Assembly (NCBI GenBank): GCA_963707135.1
Contig: CAVPOY010000025.1
Span: 24,649 to 88,648 of the forward strand
From: an uncultured Gammaproteobacteria bacterium
Lineage (GTDB): Bacteria > Pseudomonadota > Gammaproteobacteria > Chromatiales > Chromatiaceae
Reading direction: 5' to 3'
Length of the DNA: 64,000 nucleotides
Shown here: piece by piece, positions 8,914-19,706 of the stretch
Numbering within the stretch: position 1 is the first letter of the stretch
How the letters are laid out: each line of letters starts with the position of its first letter
The notes under the pieces: generated by a model
The model's input: the letters and a program-made list of their open reading frames with translations, nothing else
Database searches by the model: none
What the model was told of the DNA's origin: nothing
Program-made: the position numbers and the translations under genes

Positions 8914-10740
8914 ATGGAGCATCCGTCACTGTACCGGGCGCTGCTATCGCGCAAGGTCGCCCTGGGTGCCACGCTGGGTGGGGCCGTGGCCTTTATGGTG
9001 ATAGGCGTCGCGCTTTGGGGCGGCTTCAACTGGGCCATGGAAGAAACCAACACCATGGACTTCTGCATCTCGTGTCACGAGATGGAGGAGAACGTCTACT
9101 CTGAATACAAGGGCACTGTCCACGACGCGAACCGCAGCGGCGTGCGCGCCGGCTGCCCGGATTGCCACGTGCCCCGCCCCTGGATTCACAAGATCAAGCG
9201 CAAGATCCAGGCGAGCAACGAGGTCTGGCATAAGCTCACCGGCACGGTAAGCACGCCGGAAAAATTCAACGAGCACCGGCTGGCCATGGCCACGCGGGTC
9301 TGGGAGACCATGAAGGCGACGGATTCCCGGGAGTGCCGCAACTGTCACGACTGGGACACCATGAACCCGGAGCGCCAGAAGCCCCGGGCGCGCCAGCAGC
9401 ACATGAACGCCATGGAAAAGGGCAACACCTGTATCGACTGCCACAAGGGCATTGCCCACTCGAAGGTTCACGACCAGATGGATGAGGAGGCGCTGGCGGC
9501 GCTGAGCGCCCCGAACCCGGCCTTCATCCGTGAGGTTCCGGAGTCCTACAAGGTGGCGCTGGCCCGGGTCGAGTCCGCGGAGGCCGAGGAGCAGGCGCGT
9601 CAACAGGAGGAGATGCGCAAGGACCGCGAGGCGAAGCAGGCCGCAAAGGAGGCCGAGAAGCAGCGCATCGAGCAGGCCGTAGCCCAGGCCTTGGCGGCGG
9701 CCGAGGCCCAACGCGTCGCGCAAGACACCCCGGATACTGCAGCCGCGCCCGCCGGCGAGCAGCCTGCCGCCGGCACGCCCGCTGCGGGAGCCCGAGGTTT
9801 CGGCGTCGACTGGAGCGCGGTCCCGGAGCGCCTGGTGACCCTGTTCTACCCGGGCCAGACCTCGATGGAGTGGACGCTGGTGGGCAAGTACCACGGGGGT
9901 GCGCTGCCGTTCAAGGACGGGGACCGGTGCACGACCTGTCACGACAAGGAGACGGCGCTGATGGGCCCGCGGATGTCGACGGGTCAGAAGGCCGAGGAGA
10001 CCCCGCTGCCGGACAAGCGCGCCTCGATCCCGGTGACGGTGCAGGCGGCGCACGATGCCGAGAACCTGTACCTGCGCTTCCAGTGGGAAGGCACCGAGCA
10101 CGTGCCGGTGCCGTTCGCCGAGGGCGGCAAGATGGACCCCGAGAACGAGGTCAAGCTGGCGGTGATGCTGGCTACCGACGACGTGACCTACGCCGGGCAG
10201 TCGGGTTGCTGGGGCACCTGCCACCACGACCTACGCACCATGCCGGCGGCCCCGGCGGATCCGGCCGCGGCCGGGCTGGCGCTCGACCTCTCCGAGGGTG
10301 GCGTGACCAAGTACATCAAGGAGTCGCGCACCGAGGTCGAGGAGAAGGGCCGGCGAGGCGCGACCCTGGGCGGCTGGGACAAGCTCAAGGACCCGGCGGC
10401 GCTGGAGGCGGAGATGGCGGCGGGTCACTTCATGGACCTGTTCCGGTGGAACAGCGACGGCACCGTGGAGAACGGGCATGTGCTCGAGCAGCGCGTGATG
10501 AACAGCGGCGGGGGGTTGGAGGCGCAGGGCTGGAACGAGGGCGGGAACTGGACGGTGGTGATGAAGCGCAAGCTCGCCAGCGACCAGCCGGGCGACATCG
10601 CCATCGAGCCCGGCAAGGTCTACAACTTCGGCTTCGCCATCCACGACGACTACGCCGATGCCCGCTATCACCACGTCTCGCTGGGCTACAAGCTGGCGCT
10701 CGACGATGCGGCGGTCGATCTGGACGCAAAGGCCCAATAA
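8914..10740 (+). CDS. NapC/NirT-family tetraheme cytochrome c fused via a charged linker to a heme c + EB_dh (cytochrome c-552/DMSO-reductase-like heme-binding) type domain
   Basis: 608-aa ORF with an N-terminal TM helix and four CXXCH motifs (CISCH, CPDCH, CRNCH, CIDCH) in NirT-like spacing. An Ala/Glu/Gln/Lys-rich linker follows (EAEEQARQQEEMRKDREAKQAAKEAEKQRIEQ...). Then comes a fifth CXXCH (CTTCH) and a domain with EB_dh-like signatures (NLYLRFQWEG, CWGTCHH, MDLFRWNSDG, NWTVVMKRKL, FGFAIHDD). RBS gagggaggtggagcg precedes the ATG. Confidence 0.8.
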   Translation: MEHPSLYRALLSRKVALGATLGGAVAFMVIGVALWGGFNWAMEETNTMDFCISCHEMEENVYSEYKGTVHDANRSGVRAGCPDCHVPRPWIHKIKRKIQASNEVWHKLTGTVSTPEKFNEHRLAMATRVWETMKATDSRECRNCHDWDTMNPERQKPRARQQHMNAMEKGNTCIDCHKGIAHSKVHDQMDEEALAALSAPNPAFIREVPESYKVALARVESAEAEEQARQQEEMRKDREAKQAAKEAEKQRIEQAVAQALAAAEAQRVAQDTPDTAAAPAGEQPAAGTPAAGARGFGVDWSAVPERLVTLFYPGQTSMEWTLVGKYHGGALPFKDGDRCTTCHDKETALMGPRMSTGQKAEETPLPDKRASIPVTVQAAHDAENLYLRFQWEGTEHVPVPFAEGGKMDPENEVKLAVMLATDDVTYAGQSGCWGTCHHDLRTMPAAPADPAAAGLALDLSEGGVTKYIKESRTEVEEKGRRGATLGGWDKLKDPAALEAEMAAGHFMDLFRWNSDGTVENGHVLEQRVMNSGGGLEAQGWNEGGNWTVVMKRKLASDQPGDIAIEPGKVYNFGFAIHDDYADARYHHVSLGYKLALDDAAVDLDAKAQ

Positions 10741-11060
10741 CACGCGCATCCAATGACCCGAGCCAGTGGAGCGCGGGGCAGGGCGGTCGGGGCCAGGGAC
10801 GGCGTCGGCCGCCGGTTCACTCGCCGACGGACACCTCATCGAAAGACGCCTTTGCCGAGTGTCTTCGCGACCCAACCGGCCGCGGCAATTCCGTTCGCCG
10901 GTATTCACCGCTTCTTGCCTTATGCAGGCCGGCGAACCCGCTCGCATGTATAGTGCGCCATTGCGAGCCCAGTCAGCTGAGAATCCGGACACGACGCTGT
11001 CTCCGGTCCAGTGATCGGGGTTATCCGGTGCCCTTCTGAGGCCTCTAAGGAGGAAGAACG

Positions 11061-11402
11061 ATGCAGCGATCGAAACGGCGTCTCATTGCGGTCGGAGCTT
11101 GCTTGGCATGCTTCAGCGCCGCACAGACCTGGGCTGGCGAAACGGCCCTCGTGGTCGCCAAGGAATACCGCTTCGAACCTGCCGAGCTGACGGTAAAGGC
11201 GGGAACGATCGTGCGCTGGGAGAACCAGGACAAGCGCCAGTATCATAGCGTCTTCTTCAAAGAGCTCGGCGACAAACCGGGCGACTACTTTTTCCCCGGC
11301 GAATCCCGCGAGCGCACCTTCGACCAGCCCGGTACCTTCCCCTACATCTGTGAGCCCCACTGGGAGTCCCACGGCATGAAGGGGGTCGTCATCGTCGAGT
11401 AA
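11061..11402 (+). CDS. periplasmic cupredoxin (plastocyanin/pseudoazurin-like blue copper protein)
   Basis: 113-aa ORF with a signal peptide (LIAVGACLACFSAAQTWAG). Type-1 copper ligand pattern: His in QYHSV, then C-x2-H-x5-M in YICEPHWESHGM. RBS aaggagga lies upstream. Confidence 0.75.
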   Translation: MQRSKRRLIAVGACLACFSAAQTWAGETALVVAKEYRFEPAELTVKAGTIVRWENQDKRQYHSVFFKELGDKPGDYFFPGESRERTFDQPGTFPYICEPHWESHGMKGVVIVE

Positions 11403-11477
11403 CGACGAGGCGAACTCGGGGACCGCCTCTCAGCGGCCCGTTTGCCGGTGTCCGGCTCGACCAACCAGGAAAGGCAC

Positions 11478-12539
11478 ATGGTCCTAGACCTCGCGCAGCT
11501 CTGTTCACTGCTCCAGAGCCCGCCAACGGCGTTTGAATCGGTGCAGAAGCCGCTCGAGATCCGAGGCGCAAATACGCTGGAGCTAGCGGGGCCGAACGAT
11601 CTCTCCTTCGCGGAGCGGGCCGACCAGGCGGAAGCGGTCGCGGCGAGCCGTGCCGCCGCGGTGGTCGTGCCCCAGGATTTTCCCAGTCTCGCCGACACCC
11701 TGTTGATCCGCTCGCCCGAGCCGCGCCGGGCGTTCTTTCGGGTCGCTGAATCGTTCCTGCCGGGCAGCGAGGTTCGGGGCGTCCACCCAGGCGCGATCAT
11801 CGACCCGGATGCCGTGCTCGGGGACGGCGTCGCGGTCGGACCCTGCGCCGTGATCGCCGCCGGCGTGCGCGTGGGTGACCGCGGCGTCGTAGGTCCCGGG
11901 TCCTATCTCGCCCCGGGCGTAACCCTGGGGGCCGACTGTGTAGTCGAGGCGAACGTCACAATCCAGTGGGGCAGCACCCTGGGGGATCGCTGTGTGGTCC
12001 GCTCGGGGAGCGTGATCGGCGGGGATGGCTTCGGATTCCAGTGGGACGGGCAGGGCCACCGCAAGATTCCTCAGCTCGGACGCGTGGTGATCGAGGACGA
12101 TGTCGACATCGGCTGCAACTGCTGTGTGGACCGGGCGACCCTCGGTGTGACACGCATCGGCCGCGGCACCAAGATAGACAACCTGGTACAGGTCGCCCAC
12201 AACACCGACATCGGGGCCCACGTGATTCTGGTCAGCCAGTCGGGGGTGGCGGGCAGCAGCCGGGTCGGGACCGGCGCCGTGATCGCCGGCCAGGTAGCCG
12301 TATCCGACCATGTGAGCGTCGGTGCCGGTGCACGCGTTGGCGGGCAGTCCGGCGTGACCAAGGACGTGCCCGCGGGCGCCTCCGTATTCGGCACCCCGGC
12401 GCGGCCGATCAAGGATACCCTGCGGGAGCTTGGCGCCCTGGCCCAACTGCCGGCGCTCCTCAAACAGATCAAGCGGCAGGAGCAGGACCTGGCACGTCTG
12501 CAGGCCTGTCTGGAAGTGCTGCAGCAGCACGGCAAGTAG
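11478..12539 (+). CDS. lpxD: UDP-3-O-acylglucosamine N-acyltransferase
   Basis: Left-handed beta-helix hexapeptide repeats plus LpxD-specific blocks ([58 protein letters not shown]). The ORF track starts at 11442, but the Met at 11478 (MVLDLAQL...) aligns better with LpxD N-termini. The gene is not in the usual skp-lpxD-fabZ-lpxA context. Confidence 0.85.
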   Translation: MVLDLAQLCSLLQSPPTAFESVQKPLEIRGANTLELAGPNDLSFAERADQAEAVAASRAAAVVVPQDFPSLADTLLIRSPEPRRAFFRVAESFLPGSEVRGVHPGAIIDPDAVLGDGVAVGPCAVIAAGVRVGDRGVVGPGSYLAPGVTLGADCVVEANVTIQWGSTLGDRCVVRSGSVIGGDGFGFQWDGQGHRKIPQLGRVVIEDDVDIGCNCCVDRATLGVTRIGRGTKIDNLVQVAHNTDIGAHVILVSQSGVAGSSRVGTGAVIAGQVAVSDHVSVGAGARVGGQSGVTKDVPAGASVFGTPARPIKDTLRELGALAQLPALLKQIKRQEQDLARLQACLEVLQQHGK

Positions 12540-12619
12540 GGTGCCGTGCCTCAGGTTTCAGTTGCGCAGAAAACGCACCGTGCCGGAAACCTGATCTGGA
12601 TGATTCTCCCGGGGGGGTC

Positions 12620-13300
12620 CTAGGCCTCGCGCCGGTCCGCCAAACCGACCAGATCCCATAGACGTTCCAGGTCTGCGCGCAGCCGATCGACTTCAGTCTC
12701 GAGGGCCGCGATGCGCTCATCGCTCTCCGACTCCGGGGCGGTCCTCGTCGGCGGGCTGCTGACCGCGGCGATCTGCTCCGGAGTGGGCGCCCCGCAGAGC
12801 AGGTGCATGTAGCGTTCCTCGCGTCGGCCGGGGAGTCGCGGCAGTTCGACGACTAGGGGCTCCTCGCGCGTTGCCAGACCCTTTAGGGTTTCCTCAACCG
12901 TCTCCAGATCCGCGAAATCCGCCAACCGTCCGGTATTGGAACGCAGCTCGCCGGGGGTCTGGGGCCCGCGCAGCATCAGCACGCAGAGCAGGGCCTGCTC
13001 CTGACGACTGAGCCGGAGTGCACCGACCATCTTGTGGTCGTAGCGCTCCGTGCGGCCGGCGAAGCTCGCGTGTACGAGATCGCGGTCGCGCAGCCGGTTG
13101 ACCGTGTGGCCGACCTCCCCGGGGTCCAGGTGCATGATCGGGTTGCGACTGCTTTTCTGGTTGCAGGCGGTGACCAGGGCGTTGAGCGTCAGGGGGTACT
13201 GATCCGGGGTCGTGCGCTGCTTCTCCATCAAGCAGCCGAGGACCCGGGCCTCGACGGGAGTCAGCAGCGGTTCAGTCTGGGTCGGTGCTTCGTTGGGCAT
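12620..13300 (-). CDS. yceH: YceH family protein (DUF480)
   Basis: 226-aa ORF with LTPVEARVLGCLMEKQRTTPDQYPLTLNALVTACNQKSSRNP and LSRQEQALLCVLMLRGPQTPGELR, the duplicated winged-helix pattern of YceH. Confidence 0.8.
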   Translation of the reverse strand: MPNEAPTQTEPLLTPVEARVLGCLMEKQRTTPDQYPLTLNALVTACNQKSSRNPIMHLDPGEVGHTVNRLRDRDLVHASFAGRTERYDHKMVGALRLSRQEQALLCVLMLRGPQTPGELRSNTGRLADFADLETVEETLKGLATREEPLVVELPRLPGRREERYMHLLCGAPTPEQIAAVSSPPTRTAPESESDERIAALETEVDRLRADLERLWDLVGLADRREA

Positions 13301-13365
13301 GGCTCTTTACTTCCTCCCCGAGGGTCTATGAGGTTCTTCCGTCGTGCGCGGTTGTGGACCGGAAT

Positions 13366-13818
13366 TCAACCGGGCGGGTCGCCCTCGCTCGACGGATCGG
13401 GTTCAGGTCCCAAGCGGTTCTGAACCCAATGCAGCACGGCGCGCAACCGATCGTTGAGCAGGCGTTCGGCCTCAGCGATTCTGGCCCAACGGAGCTCCTG
13501 GTGCTCCGGGTGTCCCAGTTCCGGACTGACCGGGAGCCTGGCGTCGCCGCGAGGCGCTTCGGCCAGATAATATCGGGCGACCTTGCCTCGACCGTAGGGC
13601 GGGGTCTCGATGTATTCATGTCCCCAGCGCAGGCGGATGTCCGTCAGGCCGGTCTCCTCGGCGACCTCGCGCAGCGCGCAGTCAAGCGGCGACTCACCCG
13701 GGCCACACTCGCCCTTTGGGAAGTCCCAGTAACGGTAGCAGCGTAGCAGCAACAGGTGTGGTGCCTGGTCAATCCAGCGCACCGGCGCGATGCCGGCCGA
13801 GAGGATTCGCGGCTTCAA
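13366..13818 (-). CDS. NUDIX hydrolase
   Basis: 150-aa ORF with Nudix box GECGPGESPLDCALREVAEETGL. The apparent TTG start overlaps the upstream stop (TTGA). Confidence 0.8.
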   Translation of the reverse strand: MKPRILSAGIAPVRWIDQAPHLLLLRCYRYWDFPKGECGPGESPLDCALREVAEETGLTDIRLRWGHEYIETPPYGRGKVARYYLAEAPRGDARLPVSPELGHPEHQELRWARIAEAERLLNDRLRAVLHWVQNRLGPEPDPSSEGDPPG

Positions 13819-14093
13819 CCCCGGCTGCCCGGGGGCGCGCCCCCGGGCCGAACCTCGTGCCGTGACCGAGCGATCGGTCCGAGCCCGCGGGCGCGAAGCT
13901 CAGCCAGGCCGGCCTCCAGGAGCCGGAGCTTGCGCATCCGCGGACGCCTTTCGGTCGCATCGGCGGTCTGGTTGAGCAGATCTTCGGCACCACCGTTCTC
14001 CTCCGGGGCCAAGGGCTCGGGCGGACGGATGGAGCGCCGTTGCGGCGGGCCTCGGCGACTATCGCAGGGTGCGGGCGGCGCTCCCATGCTCAC
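13815..14093 (-). CDS. hypothetical small protein (92 aa), low-confidence
   Basis: The ORF bridges the gap between two genes exactly, with 4-nt start/stop overlaps at both ends (GTGA at 14090-14093, TTGA at 13815-13818). Third-position G+C is high. There is no recognisable family and the sequence is Arg/Pro-rich, so it could be a GC artefact. Confidence 0.3.
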   Translation of the reverse strand: MSMGAPPAPCDSRRGPPQRRSIRPPEPLAPEENGGAEDLLNQTADATERRPRMRKLRLLEAGLAELRARGLGPIARSRHEVRPGGAPPGSRG

Positions 14094-14611
14094 AGATGCA
14101 ATCGGCGCAGCTCGGTATCGGCATGACTGTGATCCCAGATGTGGTCAAAATCGGTGCGCAGCCGCCGCGCCTCCGCGGGATGGTTGTAATCGGCGATCGC
14201 GCCCGCGCCTGCGGCGTTACGTCTCAGGATGTAGCCGCAGTCGTCCACGATCAACAGTCCCTCGAACTGGTCCTGAAGGTCATCGCCGACACTTCTGATC
14301 GCGATTCGCGAGGTCAGCTGGCGGGCCAGCTCGATGAGCCGGTGCCCACCCATTACCGGCGTGCGAGGCTCGAAGAGCAGGATGCGGATGGGCAGGCGGG
14401 GCCGTGCGACGGCCAGCCGCCGCACGGCGTCGAGGAAACCGGGCTGGTCGTAGAGGTCCGGCTCCAGGTTTCGGCTGAGCAGAAGCAGCTCACGGCGTGC
14501 CTGCCAGGCCATGCGAATCCCGGCCTCCTGGATCTGGTCACGCGTGGACAGTCGCCGGGGTCCCGCGGTCTGCGCGAGCATCGGGCCGGTTTCGGACGAC
14601 GGCTGTGTCAT
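14090..14611 (-). CDS. conserved hypothetical protein (173 aa)
   Basis: The start at Met 14611 (MTQPSSE...) overlaps the GNAT stop as ATGA. The listed upstream extension to 14929 is antisense-like junk overlapping the GNAT gene. I recognise no family. Confidence 0.55.
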   Translation of the reverse strand: MTQPSSETGPMLAQTAGPRRLSTRDQIQEAGIRMAWQARRELLLLSRNLEPDLYDQPGFLDAVRRLAVARPRLPIRILLFEPRTPVMGGHRLIELARQLTSRIAIRSVGDDLQDQFEGLLIVDDCGYILRRNAAGAGAIADYNHPAEARRLRTDFDHIWDHSHADTELRRLHL

Positions 14612-15057
14612 CGCGGTCCCTCGAACAGCATGCGCCGGTGTGGGATGCCCGCCTCGTAGAATTCGACGCCGGTGCAACGGAAACCTTGTCGCTGATAGAA
14701 GGGGACCGCTGAGCTCTGAGCGTTGACGAACGGGGCTGGCCGGTCCGATAGGCTGGTCAGTTTCAATGCCTCCTGAAGCAGGGCCGTGCCTACGCCGCGT
14801 CCGCGCCAGTTCCACAGCACGGCCATGCGCCCTATCTGGCCGTTGGGCAGGACCCGCGCGGTTCCGATCGCACGATTCGCCGCGTCGAATGCCAGGAGGT
14901 GCAACGCGCCGGGGTCGGCGCTGTCCCATTCCAATTGGGGCGGTACAGCCTGCTCCTCGACGAACACCCGCGTGCGTACGGTCGCTATCGCGGCCTGGTC
15001 CCTGACCCAGTCGGCCTCGCGGATGCCGAAGCTCTCTTGCTCTAAGGGCGCGCTCAT
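14608..15057 (-). CDS. GNAT family N-acetyltransferase (ElaA/YjcF-like)
   Basis: MSAPLEQESFGIREADW...VFVEEQAVPPQLEWDSADPGALHLLAF...IGRMAVLWNWRGRGVGTALL...FYQRQGF. The acetyl-CoA binding R-G-x-G-x-G/A motif is present. Start chosen at Met 15057. Confidence 0.8.
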   Translation of the reverse strand: MSAPLEQESFGIREADWVRDQAAIATVRTRVFVEEQAVPPQLEWDSADPGALHLLAFDAANRAIGTARVLPNGQIGRMAVLWNWRGRGVGTALLQEALKLTSLSDRPAPFVNAQSSAVPFYQRQGFRCTGVEFYEAGIPHRRMLFEGPR

Positions 15058-15237
15058 TTTAAACGGGGATTGTAATGGCTGCGGGGCAGATCGGCGCAAC
15101 ATGGGATTCGGGCCGTTGCCCGACGCGAACTTGGTGCAGTGCCCCACTCGCGACCGATTAAACGGTGATTGGAACGCCCCGGGCACCTTGGCGTGGGTTT
15201 GCGGAGCCGGCAGTCTCGCGCGTGGGTGCCGCTCGGA

Positions 15238-16197
15238 TCAAGCTGCGCCAGCCACTTTGCTCGACTTGCCCGTGACGGAGTCGATGGTGACGGCTTCGTC
15301 GGTCGTGTGGGATCCGCGTCTGGTCGCTATCAGCGCGGAGGCCAGTATCAGAACGGACCCGGCGACCGTGCTCCACAGCAGCGCCTCGTCCCAGAGCGCC
15401 CAGCCGTAGAGGGCGCCGAAGATCACGGCAAAGTAGCCGAAGATGGCAACCCGCGATGCCGGGGCCAGGGTCAGCCCCTGGGTAAGAAACAGCTGGCCCA
15501 AGGTCGCGCATCCGGCGACACCGAAGAGCCAAAGGTAGCCCTGCGGACTCGGCGTGCGCCAGGCCCAGGTCAGGGGCACGCTCGATACGACGGCCGCGCT
15601 CAATGAAAAGTAGAAAACGGTCCGTGTGGGTGGCTCGGTTCGAGCCAATCGGCGCACTGTGACCTTCGCCAGCGCCGCGAACAGCCCGCCCAGGACCGCT
15701 ACGGCGGCGACGGGTGATACTCCGTGAAGACCCGGGTGCAGGATCAGAAGCACGCCCCCGAATCCCAACGCGAGGGCGGCCCAAATGTACCTGCTTAGCG
15801 CCTCACCGAGCCAGATCAACGCGATTAAGGGCATGAATACGGGCGCGGTCAGCTTCAACAGCATCGCATCCGCGAGCGGCATGTGGGCGATGGCGTAGTA
15901 GAAGCAGTACATGGCCGCGACTCCGGCGAGTCCGCGTAGCAGGTGCAGGTGCGCGACCCTTGTCGCGACACCCTGAATTCCCCTCCGGTGCAGATAGGGC
16001 GTAAGGAGCAGCAGTCCGATCAGGTTGCGAACGAAGACGATGACCTCATTCGGAAGCTCCGTCGCGGCGAAGCGCACGGCGACCCCCATCGATGCGAACA
16101 TCAGCTCACCCAAAACGACAAACAAGGCGGCGGCGACGATCTGGTTCGGGTGTGGCATGTTGGCGTCAAGGCTGCCAATGTAGCGTAATTGCAACAA
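15238..16197 (-). CDS. DMT superfamily transporter (EamA/RhaT-like)
   Basis: 319-aa ORF with about 10 TM helices and duplicated EamA-type halves. An alternative start is the Met at 16158 (MPHPNQIV...). Confidence 0.75.
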   Translation of the reverse strand: MLQLRYIGSLDANMPHPNQIVAAALFVVLGELMFASMGVAVRFAATELPNEVIVFVRNLIGLLLLTPYLHRRGIQGVATRVAHLHLLRGLAGVAAMYCFYYAIAHMPLADAMLLKLTAPVFMPLIALIWLGEALSRYIWAALALGFGGVLLILHPGLHGVSPVAAVAVLGGLFAALAKVTVRRLARTEPPTRTVFYFSLSAAVVSSVPLTWAWRTPSPQGYLWLFGVAGCATLGQLFLTQGLTLAPASRVAIFGYFAVIFGALYGWALWDEALLWSTVAGSVLILASALIATRRGSHTTDEAVTIDSVTGKSSKVAGAA

Positions 16198-16528
16198 ACG
16201 GTCGTTTCGGACCGCCGTTCAGGGTCACTACGGGTCACCGCTTCCCGCCGGAAGTGTTGTGCTGGCGGAACGTTCGTTGTAAATATGCTGCGTCGATAGA
16301 AAAAAGTTGCACTTTTGTTCTATATGTAGGCTAAAATATCGGTGTCAGAGTCTTCCGTCACCGCGAACCGAATTGAAACCGGGTCCTACAGACAAATTAT
16401 CGGGGGAAGGAACCTGGACATGCTCTAGAAAGACGGAAAAGTCTGTTGTTTTTGTGTAACACATGCCTGTAGGTTCCAACTGCGTCCCCGAACGAACTTC
16501 CTCAACCCATCTGCACAGGAAACGAGAG

Positions 16529-17140
16529 ATGCGAAAAGAAACGAAAAACTTCCGAGTCGCCACCCTGGCCGCCCCGCTGGCGCTTGCCGTGGCCCTTACC
16601 GCCGCCTTCGGTGCGAACGCCGAAGTGTATGACAAGAACTACTGGTCCGCGCAGCCGGACGGTACCGCCTGGGTAAACAGCGCGGGCGAGTGCTGGCAGA
16701 GCGAAGACGGTCCCAACAGCCTGGAACCCTGTGTTGTTGCCGAGGTGGCTCCGCCGCTGGTCCTGCGGCTCCAGTATGAGCTCGACAAGTACCGGATCGA
16801 GAACATCACCAATCCGGATGCGCTTCAGGATCTGGACAACTACATCGAACAAGTCAAGCAAACCCCGCGCGATGAGATGCTGACCATCGTCGGCCATACC
16901 GACAAGCTGGGCAGCTTCGAGCACAACATGGTGCTGAGCGAGAACCGCGCGATGGGCATCCGGGACTACATGGTCGATCGCGGTATCAACCCGGATCGCA
17001 TTCAGTCGGTGACCGGAGTTGGCTGGGAGGGCGGTCAGTACGACGTCGGTCCGGACGGCACTCAGATCGACCTTGGCCCGCTGGAGAACAACCCATTCCG
17101 GCGCCGCACGGTCGTGACCGAGATCGTTCCTCCGAAGTAG
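16529..17140 (+). CDS. OmpA-family (OmpA_C-like peptidoglycan-binding) protein
   Basis: The start at 16529 (MRKETKNF...) follows aggaaacgagag. Signal peptide ends LTAAFGANA. C-terminal OmpA-like block: LTIVGHTDKLGSFEHNMVLSENRAMGIRDYMV. Confidence 0.8.
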   Translation: MRKETKNFRVATLAAPLALAVALTAAFGANAEVYDKNYWSAQPDGTAWVNSAGECWQSEDGPNSLEPCVVAEVAPPLVLRLQYELDKYRIENITNPDALQDLDNYIEQVKQTPRDEMLTIVGHTDKLGSFEHNMVLSENRAMGIRDYMVDRGINPDRIQSVTGVGWEGGQYDVGPDGTQIDLGPLENNPFRRRTVVTEIVPPK

Positions 17141-17200
17141 TGGTCCAACGACCGTGCCCGCGCTGGGCCATCGGCCGCGACGCGGTATCTGGATGAGTTC

Positions 17201-17230
17201 GGCCGGCGTGTCGAGGTTGACACGCCGGCC
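17201..17230 (+). terminator. 12-bp GC-rich hairpin downstream of the OmpA-family gene (weak U tract)
   Basis: ggccggcgtgtc-gaggtt-gacacgccggcc followed only by tt. May act as a pause or partial terminator. Confidence 0.4.
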
Positions 17231-17407
17231 TTACCGGGAATTTGAATTTGTCATCTAGCCTCCTTGCGATGGGGGCGGAGTCGGTTCGCGCTGGTTAGGC
17301 GAGCATTGCGACAGATAGGGTCCAGGTAAGAGCCTTCGCCGGCGGTTACGACCCCCGGCGGGGCAAGGTCCATTAAGCTCCCTCCCCCCGACAGGGGCTT
17401 ATGGAAG

Positions 17408-17440
17408 GGCCGGTCACGTTAGTTCGTGACCGGCCTTTTT

Positions 17441-17442
<2 letters not shown>
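17408..17442 (+). terminator. intrinsic terminator (plus-strand oriented, abutting the purB stop; probably bidirectional)
   Basis: An 11-bp stem ggccggtcacg/cgtgaccggcc with a 6-nt loop is followed by T7 (17436-17442). The T tract overlaps the purB TAA on the other strand. Confidence 0.7.
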
Positions 17443-19697
<2,255 letters not shown>

Positions 19698-19706
19698 TAG
19701 TGCTTC

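Noticed and set aside
17271-17390. Possible 4.5S/SRP RNA: about 117 nt, starts GGGGG, ends CCCCCC, contains GGTCC
   Set aside because: The conserved helix-8 motif (GGUCC-GGAA-GGAAGC with GNRA tetraloop and symmetric loop) is absent, and the apex cannot be folded into the SRP domain IV. It is kept only as a generic sRNA/3' UTR candidate.
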